Of a DNA stretch of 64,000 nucleotides, positions 21,137 to 33,750 are shown piece by piece; within the stretch, counting starts at the first letter, position 1, and each line of letters begins with the position of its first letter. This DNA comes from TPA_inf: Saccharomyces. Its lineage: Eukaryota. Below the pieces are notes generated by a model that worked only from the letters and a program-made list of their open reading frames with translations, did no database searches and had not been told where the DNA came from. The stretch lies in assembly GCA_000146045.2 (NCBI GenBank), contig BK006949.2, forward strand, positions 640,001-704,000, read 5' to 3'. The translations under genes were made by a program, and so were the position numbers.

Positions 21137-24100
21137 TCAAACTCCCTGGTATGAAACCACAACCGCAGTGACCTGAAACCAAACTGAGCCCTTTGGTAGT
21201 CTAAATGGATTATTAGAGGGGCTATCTGCTACGAAATGTTCCAAAGTGACAATTCTGCCTACAAACCATTCTTTCCCCTTCGTCAATCCTTTTTCGTCCT
21301 TTAAAAAATATCTTGTGCTTTCTTCAAAAGCTGTAAATGCAGCCCAAGGCCTCATCAGTTTATTCTTGTCCCTGCCAGATATACTGGCTTGATTGATTAC
21401 ATTACTATGTATCACCGAGGGAGACGATTGTATAGACATAGCATCCAAAGGCGGTGGAGTTGATAAATCAACAGATGAAAATGATGAGCTCAATGATGAG
21501 GTGGAAGACGACATAGACCCGACAGAATTAACGTTTTCTCGTGTTGGCAAAAATAATGCTAAATCGCCAATTTGAAAGTTCCTCAAAGTCACCTTTTCCC
21601 TTTGGAATCTCTCCAATAGCGTTCTCTTGATCTTATTTTCTTTAGTTAATTTTTTGGCCAAGGTCTCAATATCCTTGAATCTCCTGATAACGGCAACTTC
21701 ATAAAGCTTATTGTCATATAATTGAGTGATATTCCCCAGAAAAATGCTTTGCTGTGTATCCTTTTCAGATCCATTGGCAACTGACTTTATTAATTCATAC
21801 TCATCTTTCAATTTCTGGAAAACCGGACTTTTTATTAGAGAATTATCATGTGCGTCCAGCATTTGTGTGCTTTCATCCAGTATATTACTTTGGGCGGTTC
21901 CCTTTTTCAATCCCTTGACTCGTCTAATTTGGATGTTATTATTATTGTCGAAGGTTAACAGCAACCCAATGTTCTCCAAAATGAAAATATTTGTCGATAT
22001 TATATCAAATATTCTATCTTGCAGAGTCTGTGTGTATGCAGATATCTGGTTTTCCCTACCTGGGTCCTCAGCAAGAGGAATGGTTTCGAATTTCTCACCT
22101 TTTTCCATCGAGCTTGAGTTAGTCTCAGCGTAACTTTTCTCTGAAGTCACAATTTGTTTACCGAGCCTTTCAATATCAGCCTTCAACAAATTGACCTCTT
22201 GTTCATGCTTCTTATTAGATTCATCCAGATCCATTTGCAATCGTTCCCTCGATTTGCTAACATCATCATAGTCACCTGTTAGCTTTTCTATCTTTTCATT
22301 GTCTTGGCTAATTATATCATTCAATTGCTTTTTGAAAGAGGCATTGAGGGTAAAAATTTCAGTTCTATGCGATTGTTCTTCATTAGTTAACCTTGCCAAT
22401 TCTTGATTCAAATTAGTCAAAGTTTCGCGATAAGCTGTCTTCTCCACCTCTAGATCACTTATTTTTTTCCCCATTTCCGAAATTTGCATTGATTTTCGAT
22501 TATTTTCTTCTTTCAATAGTTGAAGTTGGTGTAATAGATCATCCACATTACTCTCTAACTCTTGAATTTGATGATTATTAGCTTGCGAAACACTATCAAT
22601 GTTCACTTCAGAAATATTGGCAGGCTCTAGTAATACAGATGCTCCCAGGAATTTCTTCTTGTTTATACTCGTAGCAGAACCACGAAATGGCTTAAGATGG
22701 GTATTGAGAACACCTTGAGGCCAATGGCCTATGTCGGAATATTGAAACTCATGTAATAGCGATTCTAATTTTTTTATTCTTGTTTTGTATCCTTTGACTA
22801 CATCATCACTTTTCAAGGCAATAGACCCTTCAGGGGAAATGCTATTGCCATTAGAACTATTATTGTTATTATTTTTGAAATTGGAATATATTATATGAAA
22901 TCTCTTCGTCTCAAAAAGTGTTTTCGAAAGTAGATCAATGATCGGTTCAGAAACATCTGTTTCTTTAATTTGCGTCATATAATTATCAATGGCTTGCGAT
23001 ACTTTTACCAGGTCTTGGCGGTAATTTGCTATAGAATTCTCATTTTCATCTTCCTCATCTTCATTTGGTGGAGAAGTATGAGAGTGATATTCGTTTAGAC
23101 GTTTGAAATCAGAGGAAGACAATAGATCTTCGCAAAAAACAGTCGCGATGGAACCGAAATTTTTAACCCATTTATTTCTTGTTCGTAATTCATTTTGTTT
23201 GAACAACTCTAAATCTTGATTAAAATTTGAGATAAATGACAAAATTTGTTGGAACCATGATAGCCTACGATATTTTTCGATTAAATAAAGCCCATATATC
23301 AGAGGCAAATCTTCTACCTGTGCAAATTCTACCTCATATTTCTTGTATAGCTCTAAATCTTTATTACATTCATTCAATAATAGTCTTTTAATACCTAGGA
23401 TTTCCATCTGGGTGAATGCTATGTTACCCAAAATGGCTACTGCATGCTTTTGTAGACTTTTTTTTAAATCTATTAGTTCTCCTATTTGTGAATACAGCGC
23501 TTGTGATATAGTGAAGAGAGTTTTCACTGATTCTTTTTTATCCTTTTCCAACATCACATTCATGCTTTTCAAAAATTCTTGACTATTGAATTCTTCTTCT
23601 TCTTTATCAAGTACATTTCTGCTTCTTGTTCGCATTTCTGATACCAGTACCTCAAAGCTCTCTGCCATTTGGTCTTCAAGCTCGAATTTAGATTCATTCG
23701 GGGTAAACATTTGCCGCAGTCGATCGATGTTTACTGTTATAATATCTCTAAAACTTGCATTTTCGTCAATTTCCCTCTTAATTTTATTCAGCTTACCATT
23801 GATTGAATGATTTAGAATCTTTACAGATTTTTCGTTCTCCAGGAGAGATTCAATATTAATGAACTTTTGTAAAGAATCACCCTCTAAAGCAGTCAACTTA
23901 CTCAAGGTGTCATTGAAGCATTTTTCCCATTTTGAAGTCATACCATTGTCTACCAGCTGATTTAAAAATTGAACGTTTGAGTTATACAAACTTTCTACAT
24001 CAAAGCAGTACAGCTTCAAATATTGTGAGCAAACGGTTAAGCCATCAAAAATACGCTTAATATGGGCTATTATGTCTGGTATGAGGCTCTTAAAATAATG

Positions 24101-24673
24101 TACATCTATTTCTAAAGCGCTTAGCCAACCAAGGTTCGTCGTCAGTAAGCTAGTTACGGAATGGTAATTTAAACGCGAAAGATCTACGTCTGCGTCCTCC
24201 AAAGGCGAGGGCATAGGCTTGATCATAATAGTATCGCTACCTTGGTATTGAGATATATGACTATTCTTAATTAAATATTCCAGAGTCTCTGTCAAGTCGT
24301 TGGAATTAGGGGAGTTCATGGGATTAGAATCCTTAGACGTTAAAAGATTTGTTGGTGTCGGTTTACTAACAAGTGAGAATAGTCGTCTGTCGTAAACGTA
24401 AAAATCATTTAGAGTAAAAGACCTATTAATAAGCAGCTCTTTAAACATCGACGGTTTTAGTTTGTTACCATAAGGTAGTAGAATCAGCAGCTGATCGGGA
24501 GGAATCTTCCATTTCCTAGCAATGAACTGTTTAAATTTGTCCAGGGAAACGAAAAAATCAACATTCGTAGTTATACATTCTCCAGATATTGCATTTATGA
24601 TAGTGGCTGTTGTCTGCAGTGGTGTTATTTCTTGCTGGGTAGGTGCAGTGCTATATTCATCAGCGTCTGCCAT
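21137..24673 (-). CDS. ATG11: Selective-autophagy scaffold protein (coiled-coil adaptor of the Cvt pathway, pexophagy and mitophagy)
   Basis: 1178-aa coiled-coil ORF starting [25 protein letters not shown]... at the ATG at 24671-24673. The track extends 37 codons further to a TTG, which I do not count. Confidence 0.9.
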   Translation of the reverse strand: MADADEYSTAPTQQEITPLQTTATIINAISGECITTNVDFFVSLDKFKQFIARKWKIPPDQLLILLPYGNKLKPSMFKELLINRSFTLNDFYVYDRRLFSLVSKPTPTNLLTSKDSNPMNSPNSNDLTETLEYLIKNSHISQYQGSDTIMIKPMPSPLEDADVDLSRLNYHSVTSLLTTNLGWLSALEIDVHYFKSLIPDIIAHIKRIFDGLTVCSQYLKLYCFDVESLYNSNVQFLNQLVDNGMTSKWEKCFNDTLSKLTALEGDSLQKFINIESLLENEKSVKILNHSINGKLNKIKREIDENASFRDIITVNIDRLRQMFTPNESKFELEDQMAESFEVLVSEMRTRSRNVLDKEEEEFNSQEFLKSMNVMLEKDKKESVKTLFTISQALYSQIGELIDLKKSLQKHAVAILGNIAFTQMEILGIKRLLLNECNKDLELYKKYEVEFAQVEDLPLIYGLYLIEKYRRLSWFQQILSFISNFNQDLELFKQNELRTRNKWVKNFGSIATVFCEDLLSSSDFKRLNEYHSHTSPPNEDEEDENENSIANYRQDLVKVSQAIDNYMTQIKETDVSEPIIDLLSKTLFETKRFHIIYSNFKNNNNNSSNGNSISPEGSIALKSDDVVKGYKTRIKKLESLLHEFQYSDIGHWPQGVLNTHLKPFRGSATSINKKKFLGASVLLEPANISEVNIDSVSQANNHQIQELESNVDDLLHQLQLLKEENNRKSMQISEMGKKISDLEVEKTAYRETLTNLNQELARLTNEEQSHRTEIFTLNASFKKQLNDIISQDNEKIEKLTGDYDDVSKSRERLQMDLDESNKKHEQEVNLLKADIERLGKQIVTSEKSYAETNSSSMEKGEKFETIPLAEDPGRENQISAYTQTLQDRIFDIISTNIFILENIGLLLTFDNNNNIQIRRVKGLKKGTAQSNILDESTQMLDAHDNSLIKSPVFQKLKDEYELIKSVANGSEKDTQQSIFLGNITQLYDNKLYEVAVIRRFKDIETLAKKLTKENKIKRTLLERFQREKVTLRNFQIGDLALFLPTRENVNSVGSMSSSTSSLSSSFSSVDLSTPPPLDAMSIQSSPSVIHSNVINQASISGRDKNKLMRPWAAFTAFEESTRYFLKDEKGLTKGKEWFVGRIVTLEHFVADSPSNNPFRLPKGSVWFQVTAVVVSYQGV

Positions 24674-24959
24674 GATGTATAAAAGAAAATAAAAGAAGTA
24701 CTTTCCGAACAACAACAGTACACTAAAATAATCGTTGTTCAAAGGAGGACTACTTTGGTTCTGATTTGAGAAAATGGTACTCAAATAAGGGCATCGCTAT
24801 TATATAGTTCCATTCCTACCAAGAAACCGGGTAGCCAAAAGCGATAAAAAGGCTCTCCATGGCAAGCCTTATTAAAAATAATAATCATGAAGAACAAAGT
24901 TTCACAAGAGATTACAAGATAAAAAAGCCACTACTACAGAAAAGGCGTTGGGTCAGGAC

Positions 24960-25490
24960 ATGGAAATAGTGTACAAGCCATTGGACATACGTAACGAAGA
25001 GCAGTTTGCTAGTATTAAAAAACTAATAGATGCGGATCTATCAGAGCCGTACTCGATATACGTATATAGGTATTTCTTGAACCAATGGCCCGAGTTAACG
25101 TACATTGCCGTTGACAACAAGAGTGGAACGCCTAACATACCCATTGGTTGCATAGTGTGTAAGATGGACCCGCATAGAAACGTGAGACTGAGAGGATATA
25201 TAGGAATGCTAGCCGTAGAGTCCACATACCGCGGGCATGGCATAGCAAAGAAACTAGTGGAAATTGCCATAGATAAAATGCAAAGGGAACATTGCGATGA
25301 GATCATGTTAGAAACAGAGGTGGAAAATTCGGCGGCTCTAAACTTATATGAAGGAATGGGTTTCATCAGAATGAAACGGATGTTCCGCTACTACTTGAAT
25401 GAAGGGGACGCCTTTAAACTGATATTGCCGTTGACTGAAAAGAGCTGCACTCGGTCTACGTTCCTAATGCATGGCCGGCTGGCCACATAA
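24960..25490 (+). CDS. MAK3: NatC N-terminal acetyltransferase catalytic subunit (GNAT)
   Basis: 176 aa from the first ATG (MEIVYKPLDIRNEEQFASIKKLIDADLSEPYSIYVYRYF...) with GNAT acetyl-CoA motifs (RGHGIAKKLV). The track start at 24948 is a TTG. Confidence 0.9.
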   Translation: MEIVYKPLDIRNEEQFASIKKLIDADLSEPYSIYVYRYFLNQWPELTYIAVDNKSGTPNIPIGCIVCKMDPHRNVRLRGYIGMLAVESTYRGHGIAKKLVEIAIDKMQREHCDEIMLETEVENSAALNLYEGMGFIRMKRMFRYYLNEGDAFKLILPLTEKSCTRSTFLMHGRLAT

Positions 25491-25692
25491 AAGGAAAAAC
25501 ACTCGATGATGATAAAATATATATTAATAATACAATTTTTTTATTTATTTATTTAATCATATGTATAGATATAGAAAAAGGGCAGTAGAGAAAAGAGGAA
25601 TAGAAAGGAGAGAGATAATAAAGCAAGTTTCAAAAAGAACAAGAGGAAAAGAAATTAAATCACACAGACAAAAACGCGGGGAGGAAGTATCC

Positions 25693-25974
25693 CTAAGCCA
25701 AAGTGGCGTTATATAACTCCTTTTCGGATTCATATCTCTTCTTATCGGCCTGGGCCTTGGCCTCGTAAGGCTGCTTTTCCTCTGGCGTTAGAGCCTTCCA
25801 CTTCTCACCCAACTTCTTGCCGACTTGTCCAAATGTGATATCTGGATTTTCAGAACGAACAATATCTCTGTTTTCGTTAGCGAAAAACATGTAGGCGGAC
25901 AAAGCCCTCTTAGGGGCATTTGGGTCCTTCTTCTTTCTAGTGGTTCTCTTCTTAGGTTCTCTTGGGGTGACCAT
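25693..25974 (-). CDS. NHP6A: HMGB non-histone chromatin protein
   Basis: 93-aa [96 protein letters not shown], matching Nhp6A as I recall it. Confidence 0.96.
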
Positions 25975-26128
25975 TGCGACTGTGCTTTACTATGTATAGG
26001 GTAGTCAATTGAGCAAAAACAGGAAAAAAACACGTCCCAAAACAGTCCTTCTTTAACAGTCGGTACCAGTAATAAATACTGTGTTGTTTGTTTGCCCACC
26101 GCTAAATAAACGAACGGCGAAAAAAATA

Positions 26129-26134
26129 GGCGGC
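26129..26134. promoter_or_regulatory. URS1-like GGCGGC core (putative Ume6 site) in the SMK1 promoter
   Basis: ataGGCGGCaaaaggcggg lies ~150 bp upstream of the SMK1 ATG. Only the core matches, so the call is weak. Confidence 0.25.
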
Positions 26135-26199
26135 AAAAGGCGGGTGATTCGAAAAGTATCGCGCGCGACGAGGCGTGAGGGTAGAATTCGGCGCCACTA

Positions 26200-26208
26200 A
26201 TTTGTGAC
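26200..26208 (-). promoter_or_regulatory. Middle sporulation element (MSE, Ndt80/Sum1 site), perfect gNCRCAAAW
   Basis: Minus-strand GTCACAAAT (plus atttgtgac) lies ~75 bp upstream of the SMK1 ATG. SMK1 is a known middle-sporulation gene. Confidence 0.5.
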
Positions 26209-26279
26209 ACTTGAACAGTATTTAACGTCGTGCGATACATCATATCGATAGAAATGTAGACGTGCTCAACGCTCCAAGA

Positions 26280-27446
26280 ATGAATTGCACACTTACAGAT
26301 AATACCAGAGCCATAAATGTGGCCTCCAACCTCGGTGCTCCTCAACAGAGGACGATTTTTGCCAAGGAGAGAATATCCATCCCAGGATACTACGAGATAA
26401 TCCAATTCCTGGGCAAGGGAGCCTATGGGACAGTGTGCTCAGTGAAGTTTAAGGGTCGAAGCCCAGCTGCTAGGATAGCGGTAAAGAAGATCAGCAACAT
26501 CTTTAATAAGGAGATCCTTTTGAAAAGGGCCATCCGTGAGCTAAAATTCATGAACTTCTTCAAGGGCCATAAAAATATTGTAAATCTAATCGATCTAGAG
26601 ATAGTGACCAGCTCGCCCTATGACGGACTGTATTGCTACCAGGAACTGATTGATTATGATTTGGCAAAAGTCATACATTCGTCCGTGCAGCTCTCGGAGT
26701 TTCATATCAAATACTTTCTTTACCAAATCCTGTGTGGGCTAAAGTACATACACAGTGCAGATGTCATCCACCGAGATTTGAAGCCTGGGAACATATTGTG
26801 CACATTGAATGGCTGTTTGAAGATCTGCGATTTTGGTCTCGCTAGGGGTATTCATGCCGGATTTTTCAAGTGTCATTCCACTGTGCAGCCCCATATAACC
26901 AACTACGTTGCTACAAGATGGTATAGGGCGCCTGAGCTGCTTCTTTCCAACCAACCGTATAGTAAGTCCGTAGACATATGGGCTGTAGGGTGCATTCTTG
27001 CAGAATTCTATGCTCGAAAGCCTGTTTTCATGGGGCGTGACTCCATGCACCAGATATTTGAAATCATCAAAGTCTTGGGTACTCCTGATAAAGATATTCT
27101 GATCAAGTTTGGCACCATTAAAGCTTGGAATCTAGGCAAAAACAGTAATAACCCTGTATATAAAAAAATCCCATGGTCCAACATTTTCCCCTTTGCCTCG
27201 CATGAAGCAATCAATCTCATAGAGTCATTACTTCATTGGGACTCAACACATAGGTTAAACGTGGAACAAGCTATATCACATCCGTTCCTAAACGAGGTGC
27301 GGAAGCCAGACGACGAGCCTGTTTGCCTTCAGGGTCCTTTCGACTTCACCTATGAATCCGAGTTGAATTCAATGTCCAAATTAAGAGACTACTTGGTTGA
27401 AGAAGTGAAAAATTTCAAAACCGATTTGTCCTCCTCGTCTTTATAG
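26280..27446 (+). CDS. SMK1: Sporulation-specific MAP kinase
   Basis: 388 aa from the ATG at 26280 (MNCTLTDNTRAINVASN...). It has protein-kinase subdomains (GKGAYGTVCS, HRDLKPGN, DFGLAR) and a T-N-Y activation-loop motif followed by VATRWYRAPE. The track start is a GTG 6 codons upstream. Confidence 0.92.
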   Translation: MNCTLTDNTRAINVASNLGAPQQRTIFAKERISIPGYYEIIQFLGKGAYGTVCSVKFKGRSPAARIAVKKISNIFNKEILLKRAIRELKFMNFFKGHKNIVNLIDLEIVTSSPYDGLYCYQELIDYDLAKVIHSSVQLSEFHIKYFLYQILCGLKYIHSADVIHRDLKPGNILCTLNGCLKICDFGLARGIHAGFFKCHSTVQPHITNYVATRWYRAPELLLSNQPYSKSVDIWAVGCILAEFYARKPVFMGRDSMHQIFEIIKVLGTPDKDILIKFGTIKAWNLGKNSNNPVYKKIPWSNIFPFASHEAINLIESLLHWDSTHRLNVEQAISHPFLNEVRKPDDEPVCLQGPFDFTYESELNSMSKLRDYLVEEVKNFKTDLSSSSL

Positions 27447-27675
27447 TAACCACTACACAAATAGGTATATCATGAAGTTATATTCTGACCGTAACAATTC
27501 TTCTTTCTTTGACGTAAACTTTATGGCGGGTAACGCTCAAATAGTTTCTTGTTAACCATTTCAAATAACAATAAGTATACAACTAAACAAAGTCTGCTAC
27601 TTGTTAAATATAGGAGTATAAACAAGATAAGCTTGCTACTTTTTCAGCACAACCGCCACCTCTCGATTGCATACA

Positions 27676-30600
27676 ATGGATTACCTAAAACCAGCGCAGA
27701 AGGGGAGAAGACGTGGTCTTTCCATAAACAGTCTTTCGGAGACTCAGCAATCTGCTATGAATAGTTCCCTGGACCATCTTCAGAATGACTTAAACAGGAT
27801 AAATCTTCAATGGAATAGAATACTGTCGGATAACACTAATCCCTTAGAACTAGCGCTCGCATTTTTGGATGATACATCTGTAGGTCTGGGCCACCGGTAT
27901 GAAGAATTCAATCAATTAAAGTCACAAATTGGTAGTCACTTACAAGATGTTGTTAATGAACATAGCCAAGTGTTCAACACTAATGTGGCTTCTTACGGAA
28001 AAGCAGTCAGTTCGATCATGCAGGCCCAAGAACAGACTTTAAATCTGAAAAATTGTTTAAAGGAAGCTAATGAGAAAATCACCACTGATAAAGGTTCTTT
28101 ACAGGAATTAAATGATAATAACTTGAAGTATACAAAAATGATTGATGTTTTAGTCAATATTGAGGAGTTATTACAGATACCCGAAAAAATTGAGGAGAAC
28201 ATTAGAAAGGAAAATTTCCATCAGGTGCAAATTCTCCTAGAAAGGGGTTTCATATTAATGAACAACAAATCTTTGAAGACAGTGGAGATTTTAAAGCCTA
28301 TAAACCAACAACTTGAGTTACAAGAACATTTACTTTTCAACAATCTGATTGAAGAAATTCACGACATTATGTACTCCAAATCTAACAAAACAAATTTTAC
28401 TCGAGTAACCAATAATGATATATTCAAAATCATAAGCATTTCACATAATGGATTTACGAGTTTAGAAAATTACCTGTACAACATAGTCAATATTGATATT
28501 ATGGAACACTCAAAAACGATAAACAAGAACCTTGAACAATTCATTCATGACCAATCGTTAAATAAAGGAAATATCATGCTACAAGAAAATGCTGCGACTC
28601 AAGCACCATTGGCACCATCTAGAAACCAAGAAAACGAAGGATTTAACAGAATAGGGTTCCTACTAAAAACCATAAATAACATCAATAAATTACCTGTTGC
28701 ATTCAATATAATAACAGAAAGGGCTAAAGAGGAGATTCATAATATAATTGTTAAAAGTACCGAATCAATACGTTCGAAGCACCCTTCTCTGCTTAAAATG
28801 GCTACTAGTTTAAAGAATGACAACCATTTTGGCCTACCCGTACAGGATATACTATCGATCATTTTAAGGGAATGCTTTTGGGAAATATTTTTGAAATTAC
28901 TGTATGCTATTCAGTGCCATAGGGCTATTTTTGAAATGTCAAACATTTTGCAGCCAACGTCTTCCGCAAAGCCAGCTTTCAAGTTCAATAAAATTTGGGG
29001 CAAACTGTTAGATGAAATAGAATTATTACTTGTGAGGTACATCAATGACCCTGAATTGATATCCAGCAATAACGGTAGTATTAAACCAATTAATGGCGCG
29101 ACAAATAACGCACCCACTTTACCTAAAAGGAAAAATCCTAAAATTTTTTCTTTGGAGTATAACATTGAGGACAATTCTTCTGTAAAGGATCAAGCTTTTG
29201 AACTAAAGGCTTTGTTGAAAGATATATTCCCTGGATTTTCTGTCTCCTCAAACATGGATTTAGACTCTATTTATGTAAAAGATGAATCCTTCGAACAAGA
29301 TGAGCCTCTAGTCCCTCCTTCTGTTTTCAACATGAAGGTAATTTTAGATCCGTTTTTGCTGTTTACGCAATCGACATCTACAATTGTTCCCAGTGTCTTA
29401 ACACAAAATACTATTTCATCCCTAACCTTTTTCGATGATTATATGAATAAAAGTTTTCTCCCAAAGATTCAGATGACTATGGATTATTTATTCACGGTTG
29501 AAGTAGAATCCAATAATCCGTACGCCTTAGAGCTATCCGATGAAAATCATAACATTTTTAAAACAGCATTAGATTTTCAAAGGTTATTTTACAATTTATT
29601 GAATGTTTTCAACACAGCAAACACATTTAGAGAAAAAATATCGTACTGCATTCTAGATCTTTTGAATCATTTTTATAATTACTACTTGGGGCTATTTAAT
29701 TCCTTGATTGGTACTTCTGATAGACATTTAACTAGGAAAATAATTACGGCATGGTTGCAGAATGGTATTTTGATGGATCAAGAACAAAAAATTCTGAATG
29801 GGGATGAGACACTCTTTCATGAAGAATCCATAGAGTTATTTAAGGAAATACCTCATTTCTATCAAGCGGGTAAAGGTTTGAGCAAATCTGATTTATTCAA
29901 TAACTTGACATTGGACACAATTCTGCAGTTTTCGGCAAGCGTGTTATGGATATTAAACTGGCTGCCAGGCTTAAAAAAGGCTATCAATATTGATGAAGTA
30001 AGCCAAGAACCCATGTTAGATGCTGATAGATTAAGGAGCAGCTGGACATTTTCTGAATCAATGGATTTAAACTATTCGAACCCTAGTTCCAGCCCAAATT
30101 CATTAGGAAATCTAAAAATTTTATTGGATGATAAAGCCTCCAAAAAATTTGATGAGACTATCGACGGATTCAAAACCTTGAAATTCAAACTAATCACTAT
30201 ACTGAGGTTCAACATTAGGGCCTTGTGTATATACGACATCGGGTCTTTTTTTCAAAACACCAAAATTTGGAATATGGATGTGGGTAGTATTGAATTAGAT
30301 CAAAATATAGCTTCTCTAATTTCCGAATTAAGAAGGACTGAAAGCAAATTGAAACAACAGTTACCAGAAAAGGAAAAAAACTCCATATTTATTGGTCTTG
30401 ATATAGTCAACAACTACGCCTTGATTAAGGGTGCCAAATCCATAAAAGTTTTGAACCATAACGGGATAAAGAAAATGTTGAGAAATGTAAATGTCTTACA
30501 ACATGCCTATAGAAATCTTTCTTCTGAACCATCAAAAATTAATATGAACGTCACAATGAATTTTTACTCTTTATGCGGCTCCAGTGAAGCTGAACTATTT

Positions 30601-30873
30601 GAATATATAAAAGACAATGAATTACCGCATTGTTCTGTCGAAGATTTGAAAACCATATTGAGGCTGCAGTTTAGCGAGGAAATGCATCGTCAATTGAAGA
30701 GACAAAGCACTAGCTCAACTAAGGGTTCCATAAAACCTTCCAATAAGAGGTACACTGAAGCTTTGGAGAAACTAAGTAACCTCGAAAAAGAGCAGTCGAA
30801 AGAAGGAGCCCGCACCAAGATTGGAAAACTTAAAAGCAAATTGAATGCTGTCCATACTGCAAACGAAAAATGA
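27676..30873 (+). CDS. SEC8: Exocyst complex subunit
   Basis: 1065 aa from the ATG at 27676 ([25 protein letters not shown]...), a long helical-bundle protein. Length and position fit SEC8. Confidence 0.9.
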
Positions 30874-31125
30874 CATTTTTAGTTTGTGTAAAATTAATTT
30901 GATAAATAAATGAATGAAAATGATCAATAATAAGCGAATAACTATATTTTTAATTACCTTATTTTTACAATATTTTTCACTTGCACTTTTATTTTATTTT
31001 CAGCGCGCAGCTCGTCTTGTTCTGTTGAAATTCAAAGATACCTGAAGGAACATTACAACATCAATCAACACTTGAGTAGAAATATACACGATCCAATAAA
31101 ATATACTGAAGCGAAGCAATCAGAA

Positions 31126-32142
31126 ATGGATGCAATATCTGATCCAACGTTTAAGCATGCTAGATCAAGAAAACAGGTTACTGAAGAATCACCATCTTTG
31201 CTTACCGTTATTATAGAAATTGCACCAAAGTTATGGACAACTTTTGATGAGGAAGGAAATGAGAAAGGAAGTATAATAAAGGTTTTAGAGGCATTGATAG
31301 TATTTCTCAATGCTCACTTAGCGTTCAATAGCGCCAACAAAGTAGCAGTCATTGCTGCATACTCTCAGGGAATCAAATATTTATACCCAGAGAGCACATC
31401 TGCTCTAAAAGCCTCTGAATCTGAAAATAAAACCCGTAGTGATCTTAAGATTATTAACTCAGATATGTATAGACGTTTTAGAAACGTTGATGAGACGCTA
31501 GTGGAAGAAATATATAAACTATTTGAGTTAGAAAAGAAACAAATCGAACAAAATAGTCAAAGGAGCACGCTAGCAGGTGCCATGTCAGCTGGGCTGACTT
31601 ATGTAAACAGAATATCAAAAGAGTCAGTAACTACCTCATTAAAATCAAGGCTACTTGTTCTTACGTGCGGGAGTGGCAGTAGTAAAGATGAAATTTTCCA
31701 ATACATCCCTATAATGAACTGTATTTTTTCCGCAACAAAAATGAAATGTCCCATTGATGTCGTAAAGATTGGTGGTTCTAAGGAAAGCACGTTTTTACAG
31801 CAAACGACGGATGCCACAAATGGCGTTTATTTACATGTTGAATCTACAGAAGGGCTAATTCAATATTTAGCAACTGCAATGTTTATTGATCCGTCGTTAA
31901 GACCTATAATTGTTAAGCCAAACCATGGATCTGTAGATTTTAGGACATCATGCTATTTAACAGGGAGAGTTGTTGCCGTTGGATTCATCTGTTCAGTTTG
32001 CCTATGTGTCTTATCAATCATACCGCCCGGAAATAAATGTCCTGCTTGTGATTCTCAATTTGATGAGCACGTAATTGCCAAGTTGAAGAGGAAACCAGTT
32101 GTTCCAAGGTTGAAAGCCAAAAAGAAGGTGACGAAACCATGA
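31126..32142 (+). CDS. TFB4: TFIIH core subunit p34 homolog
   Basis: 338 aa from the ATG at 31126 (MDAISDPTFKHARSRKQVTEESPSLLTVIIE...) with a C-terminal zinc-finger CxxC...CPAC. The track begins at a TTG 18 codons upstream. Confidence 0.88.
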   Translation: MDAISDPTFKHARSRKQVTEESPSLLTVIIEIAPKLWTTFDEEGNEKGSIIKVLEALIVFLNAHLAFNSANKVAVIAAYSQGIKYLYPESTSALKASESENKTRSDLKIINSDMYRRFRNVDETLVEEIYKLFELEKKQIEQNSQRSTLAGAMSAGLTYVNRISKESVTTSLKSRLLVLTCGSGSSKDEIFQYIPIMNCIFSATKMKCPIDVVKIGGSKESTFLQQTTDATNGVYLHVESTEGLIQYLATAMFIDPSLRPIIVKPNHGSVDFRTSCYLTGRVVAVGFICSVCLCVLSIIPPGNKCPACDSQFDEHVIAKLKRKPVVPRLKAKKKVTKP

Positions 32143-32470
32143 ACGAAAGGAATGAACATTATCCGTTTCAAGCAGGTAACCTTCGTCACAATGCATCGTA
32201 ATAATACATAAAAAAAAATTAGCTTTAAGCACATGTATATTGGACATTCCACAGAAAAAAAAAAGCTTTTGATGTGATTAGCTTAAGACGTTGTGTCATC
32301 TTTGAACTGTTTTGACTTCAATCATATCGAATTTGATAATATAACTATCTATGTACTGTCTGGGTGCATCGCTGTTGTTGCTTCGGTAGATTTATTAGTT
32401 CGCTTTGGATAATGTATCATACAATAACATTGCCAACATCCATCATAACAGAAACATTAGGTGATAAACA

Positions 32471-33496
32471 ATGAAAAGAGGAGAAAGCCAGGCGCCTGAT
32501 GCCATCTTTGGTCAATCTCGTGCATTTGCACTATCTGATTCTTCAGTGAATCCTGATGTCATTGAATATCTTAAAAGTGTTAGGCAAGAAGCACTAAGAA
32601 CCAACGCCATATCGATTAAGAATCATATGAATCTGCAAAAGAGGACGCGTCACAAATCAAGCATGTACGATGATGAGGATGAGGGGGCCCTTAAAAGGCA
32701 CGCCATCTCGCCATCCTTGATTAGGCTTCAAAGGAATGTAGAAATATGGGTAAGGTGGTTTAACTCTGTGAAGGCGACGGTGTTGACTAATGCCTACGAG
32801 TTTACCGGTTATGAGGACGAAACACTGGATCTTTTATTGCTTTTCTTAAAGAATTATCTCGAAGATATGCCCAGCAAATGTACTACAGTTGAAAAAATTA
32901 TAAGTGTCCTAAATCAGCATTCCTTTCCTGAGAAGGCAGAAGAGAAGGAAGAAAATCTTCAGATTGATGAGGAATGGGCGAAGAATATTTTGGTACGGCT
33001 GGAAAAAACCAAGATTGACAGTGTTGAGGATGTAAAAAAAGTAATCACTGAAGGAGATAAACATGAACTAGTTGGATACAACCAGTGGTTCCAATACCTT
33101 ATAAACAATGAACCGCAGCATACTACTTTTCATGAAAAGATTACCTCTAAGCAACTTTGGGTTCTGATCAAGTATATGTCGAATACATGGATAAAAGAAA
33201 TACACAAGAAAGGAAGGCATTATCGTCGGCTGCAAGATTGGCTATTCTACATACTGGTACATACACCCGAAAGAGTCACGGCAGAATATACAAGCATCTT
33301 GAGAGATCTTGGAAAGAAATGCCTTGAACTGATTCAAAAGAAGCCAGTTGAAGCACATGAGAATAAAATAACACTCCCGAAGGAGATGGCGGAATTGAAT
33401 GTTGAGATACCAGCCGCGGTGGAGAATATGACGATAACTGAGCTGACAGTGTCTGTTATAGCAGTGAACTATGGTCAAAAAGACTTGATAGAATAA
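32471..33496 (+). CDS. BRR1: snRNP biogenesis / spliceosomal snRNA 3'-end processing factor
   Basis: 341-aa ORF MKRGESQAPDAIFGQSRAFALSDSSVNPDVIEYLKSVRQEALR... Length and position fit BRR1. Confidence 0.85.
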   Translation: MKRGESQAPDAIFGQSRAFALSDSSVNPDVIEYLKSVRQEALRTNAISIKNHMNLQKRTRHKSSMYDDEDEGALKRHAISPSLIRLQRNVEIWVRWFNSVKATVLTNAYEFTGYEDETLDLLLLFLKNYLEDMPSKCTTVEKIISVLNQHSFPEKAEEKEENLQIDEEWAKNILVRLEKTKIDSVEDVKKVITEGDKHELVGYNQWFQYLINNEPQHTTFHEKITSKQLWVLIKYMSNTWIKEIHKKGRHYRRLQDWLFYILVHTPERVTAEYTSILRDLGKKCLELIQKKPVEAHENKITLPKEMAELNVEIPAAVENMTITELTVSVIAVNYGQKDLIE

Positions 33497-33750
33497 TGTA
33501 AATAAATTTCTTATGTAGTTTTTTACAGGAAGTAAAAAGTGTTATTACTTTGATTGACTCATTCTTACATTTACTGATAGGCCGAAGATAAGCGGCGCCC
33601 TAAGAAAACTCGAGCGCAAATTGTCAGCGATGATGTAGCCATGCTATAGCATCAATCAATGTCAATAAGCTAATAACAACTATCATCTATACTCCAACGC
33701 AGCTCTCTTGTTTAGGTTTCTCGTCAATCAAATTCGCATCACGAAGAAGT

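Noticed and set aside
21137-24784. ORF-track N-terminal extensions (ATG11 +37 codons, TFB4 +18, YPR071W +16, UBA3 +12, NOT5 +9, SMK1 +6, ISA2 +6, MAK3 +4, SEC8 +3, MED1 +2)
   Set aside because: Every extension I checked at the nucleotide level begins at TTG or GTG rather than ATG (for example TTG at 24782-24784 for ATG11, GTG at 26262 for SMK1, TTG at 24948 for MAK3). I placed the start at the first in-frame ATG, which also reproduces the known protein length in each case.
24953-26405. Minus-strand ORFs antisense to MAK3 (137 aa, YPR050C position) and spanning NHP6A/SMK1 upstream (205 aa, YPR053C position); also 34314-34700 antisense to YMC1 (YPR059C) and 57131-57502 inside YPR078C (YPR077C)
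   Set aside because: All overlap characterised genes on the other strand or in another frame and have no recognisable motifs. I consider them spurious.
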